The notes under the pieces are model-generated. The model was not told the DNA's origin, searched no databases, and saw only the letters and a list, made by a program, of their open reading frames with translations. A stretch of DNA of 64,000 nucleotides, counting the filler, from Jimgerdemannia flammicorona (taxonomy: Eukaryota): the NCBI GenBank assembly GCA_003990765.1. It is 3 parts of 3 records of this genome, joined end to end, with 100 filler letters (N's around TTAATTAATTAA, not from the genome) between each part and the next. Parts side by side here need not be neighbours in the genome. Positions count along the whole stretch, not along the records: positions 43,019 to 64,000 come from RBNJ01001551.1; 2 more parts are not named here. One strand, written 5' to 3'. The position numbers were made by a program, and so were the translations under genes. This document shows, in pieces, positions 50,081 through 59,187 of this stretch; position 1 is the stretch's first letter; the number at the start of each line of letters is the position of its first letter.

Positions 50081-50440
50081 TTTCGAAGTCGTGGAATCGG
50101 GGCTGAAAGCGAATCAAGCGCATGTCGGGGTCCGTGGTTCACGTTGTCACGAGCTCCTGCAAGAAATCTTCAAAGCGCTGATCGGCTCCGCTCTCGTCTG
50201 GTCAAAGCGCTGATCGGCGAAGTTCCAGAAAATTGTCTGACCGTAGGCGCTGCGCTCTTTGCTTTGACCACTACCAGCATCTCCGACTCCGAATCCGGGA
50301 ACCGCAAATCAAGCACCACGAAGACGGCCCAGCGTTTTTTCTTCACTAGAATGTTGTCGCGGATCGCTTGAATGAAGCCCGCTATGCGCACGTCATACAC
50401 CTCCATCATAAGGTTTAGGCATATCGGGCTGTGAAACACC
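50081..50440 (-). pseudogene. Orphan family copy B (deleted and frameshifted)
   Basis: LNLMMEVYDVRIAGFIQAIRDNILVKKKRWAVFVVLDLRFPDSE and a C-terminal MRLIRFQPRFHDFE. Confidence 0.85.
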
Positions 50441-50759
50441 TAATTATGATGTAGAATATTCCAGAACGTTTACGCTTAAGTCCGTATTATATTAAAATTC
50501 AAAGCCCAACGGAAGGCATTTCTCATTCCTCTGAATGGTATTCGTTTGCAATTTCAAAGAGAAATTAAAACGAAAGCGTTTATGAGCACATTGGAATAAC
50601 GTAAATTGTGAGAACGATTCTGGGTTTACGTATTCTTGACATATGATGCTTCCAGTGCGAGCCTCATAGTAACATGGAGAATCTTGGCATAATGCTCTGA
50701 CTCGATCATATACTGTGCATCTTCCACTGTTCGTAATGTCCAAACGGATCATGCCACCA

Positions 50760-51174
50760 GCGGGTCTTCCGCCTTTATAATGATGTCGTCGACACTGAAC
50801 CGGCCCCTATTAACTATTGTCACCAGCTCCAACTGGTCCAACTTCTCTTCGACTTGAAAGCGCTCCTCAACGAAGTCTCCAAAAAATTCCCAGTTCAGAT
50901 GATGCGCTCCACTGATTTGGTCTTCAACATCTCCTTTCGGTTCCTACTATCCGTGGGACACTGCCACCAGCCTCTCCGGTTCCGAGTTCGGGAATCGCAA
51001 ATCAAGCACCACGAGGCTGCCCCAGCGTTTTTTCTTCTCTAGGACGCTGTCGTGGATCTTCCTGAATGAAGCGCGCTATGTGCACACATCATTGGGATAA
51101 GGCGGGATACCTCATCTTTAGGAGATGTGCGGCACCGACGTTTTGCATCACGCCGGCAGGAATTTGTTACCCAC
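50760..51174 (-). pseudogene. Orphan family copy C (start ATG>GTG, frameshifts)
   Basis: Nucleotide similarity to 52455-52912 across its length. Confidence 0.85.
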
Positions 51175-52387
51175 TTTGGATTTGGTGAAAATGTGGAATA
51201 TAAGTTTTTTCATTACCGAGCGTGAGGACTTGTATAGCTGGATCGGGCCAATAAAAAAATAAATTCAAACAGCCATAGCGGAAGGTGCTTCTTTCTTCCT
51301 GAACCGTAGTGGCCGATCCTTCGCAACTTCAAAGAGAAAAACAAACTGAATGAAAAAAAATTGCGAGTTCGTGCATAATGTTCAATATTTCGGCCTCCTT
51401 TAATGGCTATGGCGACCCTTTGAAAAATAGGGGCCAAAAGGATAACACAAGGACGGATCCAGTCAGGGAAGAGCTGGGAGAATTGAGTTCACCTACACTC
51501 GGAAAACCGGTATGTAGTGGTGATCTACAGTAAAACCCGACCTGATTTGACCCGTGAGTAGGGATATTTGATCGGACTTCAAACCAGATTCCCGAAAATT
51601 CATTTTGCGAATTCTCGGGTTGGCCCGATTTGTCGATTTGATTTGACAGCAACCAAACTGGAGGGACGCGCTGTTATGCCATACAAGAGAATTGTTCCAG
51701 AATATTCATTCAAGAGCTCCTGCACAAGTGACTTTATATTAGACCGATACGAGGCAAGCCTAACTGCAAGTTTGTATATACCAGAAATAAAGCCCCTATA
51801 CAACATTTGAGAACTACGACTTTTGGTTACAGCTGCAGTTGAAACAACAGGCTGCCATCATTGGGCTCTGTCGTAGTCATTTCCAACCATTATCATAAGC
51901 TTGTCATCCGTTGTCGTTCCGTATTGTTTTGCAGTGTGTTGTTATCGTTTTTCAGTACATCTGCAGTCCATCATCGTCGTTTTTACAGTTCGGAAAGTTT
52001 GCTAGGCAGGTACGACCAGTGCTTTAGCGTGAACTCAGACGGTAAAAGCTTGGTCCTGTTATGTCGCAAAATGCCGAATATTACACATCCCAACAAGAGT
52101 CAAAATCATATTGAAGCATAAAATTGGTAATATTATCAGGTTTTGCATATAATTGACATCGTACTTCCCATAGATATAATTATTCATAGCTAATATCATA
52201 TACTGCGCACCTTCCAGCTCATAGTCGACGGCTTTGCGTTTGTTGCATATAAGAAATATCAAAAATTTAAGTGGGAGATATTAGCGCGGGATCGTCGAAC
52301 GGTACGAATACAGCATAGTCATATAATGTGAGTTGATCATGGCTCTGTTTGAATTCCACTACTAAACTTGCTTATAATGAAAAATTT

Positions 52388-52912
52388 CTATTCGAAGTCG
52401 TGGAATTGAAGCTGAAAGCGAATTAAGCGCTTGTTAGGGTCCTTTGAAGGCCAGTACACCGCTTTTGTAATGATGTCGTCCATACTGAGCCGGCCCCTGT
52501 TAACCATTGTCACCAGCTCCAACTTGAATCTTTCGAACTCCGCCTCGGTCCGGTCAAACCGGTTTTCGATGAAGTCCCAGAAGGTTGCCCAGTCCAGACG
52601 GTCGCAGGCGCTGCGCTCCACAGATTTAAGCTTTTTCAACATCTTCTTTCGATTCCTACTGTCCGCGGGACACTTTGCTGTGGCCGCCACCAGCCTCTCC
52701 GGTTCCGAGTTCACGAACCGCAAGTCAAGCACCACGGAGCTGCCCCAGCGTTTTCGGTTCTTCACCAGGACGCGGTCGTGGATTATCTGGATGAAGCGCA
52801 CTATGAACACACCGTACACCTTCATCATAGGGCTAAGGCGGGATGTCTCATCTTCAGGAGGTGAGCGGGACCGTCGTTTTGCGGCACGGCGGCGAGAGGA
52901 TATGTTACCCAT
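52388..52912 (-). CDS. Orphan family copy D, 174 aa, N-terminus MGNISSRRRAAKRRSR
   Basis: Intact ORF; the ATG is chosen by alignment with copies A and E. The frame is also open upstream to an ATG at 53086. Confidence 0.8.
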   Translation of the reverse strand: MGNISSRRRAAKRRSRSPPEDETSRLSPMMKVYGVFIVRFIQIIHDRVLVKNRKRWGSSVVLDLRFVNSEPERLVAATAKCPADSRNRKKMLKKLKSVERSACDRLDWATFWDFIENRFDRTEAEFERFKLELVTMVNRGRLSMDDIITKAVYWPSKDPNKRLIRFQLQFHDFE

Positions 52913-53629
52913 GTTGTATTGAGTGAAAGGAAGGGAAGCTGTTGGGCTAAGGTATAAAATGTGGAAATGTGAAATCTGAGGTTCCACAAATAAGTCCGAA
53001 CCACAACGTGTCTCGTCGGGTAAACCGATATAAGTGGTCGTGAAATAAATGTAAACAAAATTCGTGTTCCGAAGAAACGCGTTCATATGCGAAGGTGGGG
53101 GGAGTACGCAAGCTAAAGATACAAAATTACTAACGACTAATTGCTAAATATCGTACGACTATGTGCTAGGTTGGACGGCAAAGAAAACGACGACTGCTGC
53201 ATAGCGCGCTGAGACTAGCGAACATTAACTGAATCCGAGCTATGCTAAGCTGGACAATAAACTAAAGGAATGCGATTGAAACAGGACTAAACTAAAGGAA
53301 CGCGCCGCTTGGCGTCGGTTCCTGATCAATGTTTTGCCGTAATGTCGACTACGCTACGACGTGAATACACCGACAACCTCTTGCAACCCCTCGTAAATGT
53401 CCAAATAACAACCCTGAAACCCAAAACCTTAGAATTAATTGAGTACTGTCATATGTTTGGGTGAAACACACGGTAAAACCGGCCCTGCCTTTGAGGTAGA
53501 GATATGTAGGGAGGGCGGGTGATAATGAAAAAATTACATATCAACTGCGCTAGTACCATAAAAGGAAGCATAGTGATATTTAAGCCACCCGATTTTTACA
53601 TAAGTGTTTTGGTTAGCTCTAGTTTTAGC

Positions 53630-53960
53630 GTCACCCATCCACGGCTTTGGCGTCCGCCCAAACTCGGTCGCGAGCTCTCAATATGCCCATACTGCGCAGC
53701 TAGATGAAGCGGCGTGCCTCCAGCAACCTCACAACTTCAATGTGCCCATTATCCACAGCCAAGTGAAGCGGCGTCCTTCTGTGCCTTAATCTGCCTCGAA
53801 CTCAGCCGCAAGCAACCTCATGACCTCAATGTGCCCCGAGGTCCGTCTGTAGGCCTTAGCGTCCGCTCCAAACTCAGCCACAAGTAACCTCACAACCTTG
53901 TTCTTGTCTTTGATGTCCGCAGCAACCTCATGACCTCGACGTGTCCATTCTTCGCCAAAT
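53630..53960 (-). pseudogene. Ankyrin-repeat pseudogene fragment
   Basis: VVRLLVAEFGAD, GHIEVMRLLAAEFEAD, RTPLHLAVDNGHIEVVRLL and GTPLHLAAQYGHIE in shifting frames. Confidence 0.88.
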
Positions 53961-54429
53961 TTAGTTAACAAAAAGGTGGCGTTGAGATATACTCCTGCTA
54001 AGGTATAAAATGTGGAAATGTGAAACCTAAGGTTCCACAAATTGAAACTATACGAACCACGAGGGGTCCGCCTTTGTAATGATGTGAACTTAAGCCCATA
54101 TTAAATTAAAATTCAAACAGCACATCGGAGGGGGTTTCATTCCTCCGAACGGTATTGGCCGACCGTTTACGACTTCAAAGAGAAAATAAAAACAAGTTTG
54201 TGAGCACATTGGAATGACACATATTGTGAAAAAGATTCTGGGTTTATGTATCCGTGACAATGGCGCTTCCAGTGCGAGCCTCATAGATAGAGATTTTTGG
54301 CATAATGCTTTGACGCGATCATTTACTGTGCATTTTCCAGCTGTTCGTAATGTTCTTTCTACTTTAAACGAATAATGCCACCAAATAATTAAATTGGAAT
54401 CAATTGCATATCAGGGTCCTCCACCTTTA

Positions 54430-55045
54430 TATTGTTGTCGTCGTTTTGCAGTCCATCCGCAGTTTTGCGGTCTATCGTCATCGCTTTACGGTTCGGTATT
54501 GTTTTCGCAGTATTTCCCCGTTGTCTTGTGGTCAATCCTCACCGTTTTGCTGTCCGTCGTCATCGTTTGTTGTTTGCAATCCGTCGATTTGCAGTTCATT
54601 GTTGTTATGCTTGTAGTTCGTAAGTTTGAAATCCATGCTCGCCGTTATTTTTCATTCCGTTGTCATTGTTTTGAAGTCCGTCATCGTTGCTTTACAGTCA
54701 ATCGATCGTTTTGCAGTCCGTCACACCTGACTTTCATGTTTTTTGGTAATTACTTCTCCGCCACGGAGTTTAGAAATGGATGGCGGGGTTGCAAGTGAAA
54801 ATATGCATCAAGCATTAGGGACACCGGAATTCTTAAATTATGGAAAATAAATATATAATTTTGTAGTAATTATATGGTGTTGCCTTCGTTTCTTATAATG
54901 TTTTATGACTACGAATTGCCGAACTACAAGCGGCGACGATAGACCGGAAAACGGTGAGGACGAACCCCAAAACAATGACGAACGATGACGGAAGGTAAGA
55001 CGGTGATGACGGTTTGACGGAGCAAAATGACCACAACGGTTTGCG
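54430..55045. repeat. Foldback-like block of the same TTTTGCAGT repeat (forward 54430-54725, inverted 54920-55045)
   Basis: Direct reading; 54430-54800 is a reverse-complement relative of 49230-49730. Confidence 0.7.
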
Positions 55046-55272
55046 ACTTTCTCCAAGTCATGTTTCTTTGCACCTGTTGTTTTAGCTGTATCTGTAACCG
55101 AATATTCGTCAAAAAAATCAGGACACTAGAAAATTTGATCTGAGACATAATTATGTGCCAAGTCCTAATTAAAGGTGGAAACTGCTCAATTTTCTAGGCG
55201 ATCTATTTATGGTCACATTTTCACATTTTGTACCTTAGCCCAGCAACTTCCCTTCCTTTCACCCAATACAAG

Positions 55273-55803
55273 ATGGGCAACATAGCCTCTCGCCGCCGTG
55301 CCACAAAACGACGGTCCCGCTCACCTCCTGAATATGAGGTATCCCGCCTTAGCCCTATGGTGGTGTACGGTGTGTTCATAGTGCGCTTCATCCAGATAAT
55401 CCACGACCGCGTCCTGGTGAAGAACCGAAAGCGCTGGGGCAGCTCCGTGGTGCTTGACTTGCGGTTCGCGAACTCGGAACCGGAGAGGCTGGTGGCGGCC
55501 ACAGCAAAGTGTCCCGCGGACAGTAGGAATCGAAAGAAAATGATGAAAAAGCTCAAATCTGTGGAACGCAGCGCCTGCGACCGTCTGGACTGGGCAACCT
55601 TCTGGGACTTCATCGAAAACCGTTTTGGCCAGACCGAGGCGGAGTTCGAAAGATTCAAGTTGGAGCTGGTGACAATGGTTAATAGGGGTCGGCTCAGCAT
55701 GGACCACATCATTACAAAGGCGAATCCCACGGTGTACTGGCCTTCGAAGGATCCTAACAAGCGCTTAATTCGCTTTCAGCTTCAATTCCACGACTTCGAA
55801 TAA
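55273..55803 (+). CDS. Orphan family copy E, 176 aa, N-terminus MGNIASRRRATKRRSR
   Basis: Intact ORF nearly identical to copy D in inverted orientation. The indels between D and E preserve the frame. Confidence 0.8.
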   Translation: MGNIASRRRATKRRSRSPPEYEVSRLSPMVVYGVFIVRFIQIIHDRVLVKNRKRWGSSVVLDLRFANSEPERLVAATAKCPADSRNRKKMMKKLKSVERSACDRLDWATFWDFIENRFGQTEAEFERFKLELVTMVNRGRLSMDHIITKANPTVYWPSKDPNKRLIRFQLQFHDFE

Positions 55804-56880
55804 GAATTTTGCATTATAAGCAAGTTTAGTAGTGTAATTCGAACAGGGTCGTGATCAATTCACATTATGTCCATATGCCTATGCTTATATTCGTACCGTT
55901 CGACAATCCAGCGCTAATCTAATATCTTCCACTTAAATTTTCTTATATGCAACAAACGCAGGGTCGTTGATTATGGGCGCAGTATATGATATTAGCTATG
56001 AATCGTTATGTCTATGAGTTTCGCACTGGAAGCACCATATGTTAAAATATGTAAAAAGAGATAGACGAGCAATTTGCGAAGTCTATCTCACGACTTAGCG
56101 ACGTTTGTGTAATAACGGAGGCTTAGCCTGAATATACATTAAATATGCTTGACTTATGTTGGGATGTGTGAATTAATCTATGAAAACATATCCAAATTTG
56201 ACGAATTTTAGCTTGTTAGATTCGTCTTATCTAGGGGAATCTAGCACAACAAAGATCGTCAATTTGGACGTATTTCGGTTGAGTTATTGCATTTCAAAGT
56301 TTGACTCTTAATTTCGGCATTCCCCGAGACAACGGGACCAAGAACAGTTGGAGCTTTTACAGTGCTAAAGCACTGGTCGTAAACTTTCCTGTTATGTGCA
56401 TTCTAATACTTTTTCCTGAGTAAATGTAATTCAAGTGGGTGCTGGTTTTCGTTCGTTAGGAGCTCGAGGAATTTCATTGTGATCATGGGTATGTATGGGC
56501 TGCATGACGTGTATTTTCATGAAAGAATACGGAGAACAACGAGATGTAAAGGTTAACACGGTATACCTTTCTCTCTCTCTCTCTCTCTCTGTCTCTTTTT
56601 TTTTATTAGGTTGATTTAGTTCTGTTGCAAAAATAAGGATATATCGACATGCAACTCCAGAAGCATTCGAACTCTGGTAGACAGCTTATACAACCTTAAC
56701 CGGCACCGAGGTGTAGGGAATGTTTTTTAATTTGAACCCTCTTTCTGCATTGTTGAAGAACCATTCGTTAAATTATTAAATTGCTTGTTGTGAATAAGAC
56801 ATAATTACTAATTATTTACAAATCTCCACTCGTTACGCATAACCCAGTTTCGGCAACCTCAGTAACGGAGTTCGAGGTGG

Positions 56881-57261
56881 TCTGGTCGGACATTTGCCAA
56901 TGACGACATGCATGGCGGGCGGGCAGGATAAGGAAGGAGAGGGGGCAAGAACGGTGCTGCTGTGTCCGTTGGCGAGGGGGGCCCAAGAAAAGGATTGGAG
57001 ATGCGATTGGGATAAAGACGTGTTCCGTGATCGGGGTAAAACCGATGTTCAGCGTCTTCCTGGTCGGACTTTCGTTTTTATTGTTTTCCTTTTTACACGT
57101 CCACTCATTCACCCATTCTCTTTCCGGCACCAGCCTTCCGCTACCTCGGAAACCTACGCCGCCCTCTCCGCCCTCGTCCGCTCGAAAGTTGAGCTGGTAC
57201 ACGCGCCCTGGCTCCTCCTCACATTTCCGACGCGCTCCAACCCGTCTCCCCGCCCGGCCTA
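56881..57261 (+). pseudogene. Duplicated internal fragment of the POP3-like gene (copy of 46081-46464)
   Basis: Near-identical sequence including the intron; donor lost (AAAGTGAGG > AAACCGATG) and a 1-bp insertion. Confidence 0.95.
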
Positions 57262-58807
57262 ACCGCCTTATTTTCTGTCATCGTCCGGCATTGTTTTGCT
57301 GTCCATCTTCGTCGTTTTTCGTCCCATCGTAGTTCAGCATTGTTTTTGCAATCCACAGCCAAGAAAATTATAAGAAATGAAGCCAGCACCATATAATTAC
57401 TATACATGTATTACCTTTCCTATTGATCACGTCCCAAGTGGATGGTCATTCCTGTTGCAGATCCTAAACATATTTTCACATGCAACTCCACAGACATTTC
57501 CATACTCCGCAATGTCGAAGAACGCGAAGGGAAAACCATGTGACGACGACGGACATTGTCAAGGAACGTGATGACGTTGACACACCGACGCCCGCAAAAC
57601 GATGATGACGGACTGTAAAACGATGGATTGACTGCAAAATGACGATGACGGACTGCAAAGTAACGGCAACCATGGATTGCAAACTGATGACGGCTTGCAA
57701 AAAATTACGGAAATGGCGATGACGAACTTCAACAACAAACCGCAAAATGGAGGATTGCAAAACAACGACGAACTGCCAAATGATGGATTGCAAAACAACG
57801 AAGAACTGCAAAAAGATGAGGACAGACAGCAAAATAACGGGCACAGACCGCAAAACAACGGGAACAGACTGCGAAAACAATGCCAAACTATAAATGACGA
57901 TGGACTGCAAACGATGATGACGGATTGCAAAACAACGACGACGGCCAATTGTTCCGCGCTCCCTCGAAAAAAATGCCGAGTATTAATTTACATCGAGTGC
58001 GTAGTTTAGTATCTGTCATAGGCATATTGGAATGACATAAATTATGCAAACGATTCTGTGTTTACATATGATGTTTGTAGTGCGAGCCTCATAGGAACGT
58101 GGAGGTTTTGACATAATACTCTGACTCGATCACATATTGTGCATCTTCCAGCTTATGGTAAACGAACACCGCTCAATATATTGCATTCGTTACATAAAGG
58201 AAGCACCTGAAGACCTAAGTGGAAGATATTTATAATGACCTTTCTACTTTAAACGATTCATGCCACTGGCTAATCGACTGTTAGAATACTTTCGAAGTTA
58301 TGGAATCGGAGTTGAAAAGCGCTCGTAGGCGCTGCGCTCTTTGCTTTGACCACTACCAGCATCTCCGACGAACCGCAAATCAAGCACCACAAAGACAGCC
58401 CGGCGTTTTTTCTTCACTAGAATTTTGTCGCGGATCGATTGAATGAAGCCCGCTTGGCGCACATCATACACCTCCATCATAAGGTTTAGGAATATCTGGC
58501 TGTGAAACACCTAATTATGATGTAGACTATTCCGGAACATTTATACTTAAGTCTGTATTAAATTAAAATTTAAATAGCACGATGGAAGGCATTTCATTCC
58601 TCTGAATGGTATTCGTTTGCAATTTCAAAACGAAAGAGTTTATTAGCACATTGGAATAACATAAATTGTGAGAACGATTCAGGGTTTACATATTCTTGAC
58701 ATATGATGCTTCCAGTGCGAGCCTCATAACAACATGGAGAATCTTGGCATAATGCTCTGACTCCATCATATTGTGCATCTTCCAGCTGTTCGTAATGTCC
58801 TTTCTAC
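57262..58807 (+). repeat. Direct segmental duplicate of ~49003-50740, including orphan pseudogene copy F (58290-58510, minus strand)
   Basis: Colinear high similarity, e.g. 57370-57420 vs 49120-49170 and 58400-58800 vs 50330-50740. Confidence 0.9.
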
Positions 58808-59187
58808 TGTGACAAGCGAATACTATACATAGTATAGCCAGATGACGTCAATGAACACTTAGCATAATTACCCCACATAGTTACCACATGCACCACCAGT
58901 TCGTATAAATAATCAGATGTATAGTGTACAGCACTTATACTCAACCTTTTTGTTACTACTTTTTAATATATTTAATAAAAATAGTTTTTTTGCTATTTTG
59001 TAGTAAATATTGCGAAAAATCACAATTTTGGTCTTAAATTAAGCACTTTCACTATAACAGTTCTAGTTTCTTTAAGGGAAAGTGGCTAAGATGGTAGGCC
59101 TAAAGAGATACTTATAGGTTCAAGTATTCTCAAAGGAATTCTGGAAGAAAATATTCTAAGCTTTATTTATATTGAGAATAAGGATAT

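Noticed and set aside
50492..50752. Second Cys-rich gene in the repeated module of the cluster
   Set aside because: Reading frame not conserved among the copies at 49800, 54100, 58020 and 58560; likely non-coding flank.
51526..51600. TA-CAGTAAAACCCG Tc1/pogo-like terminus
   Set aside because: No matching second TIR found.
53095..53130. GGGGAGTACGCAAGCTAAA resembling an SSU rRNA conserved segment
   Set aside because: Too short and gapped, with no flanking rRNA similarity.
53408..53432. Telomere-like AACCCTGAAACCCAAAACCTTA
   Set aside because: Only about three degenerate units.
59077..59135. tRNA or SINE-like A and B boxes (TGGCTAAGATGG...GGTTCAAG)
   Set aside because: No cloverleaf can be built; lies in mutated AT-rich DNA of an unidentified element starting TGTGAC at 58808.
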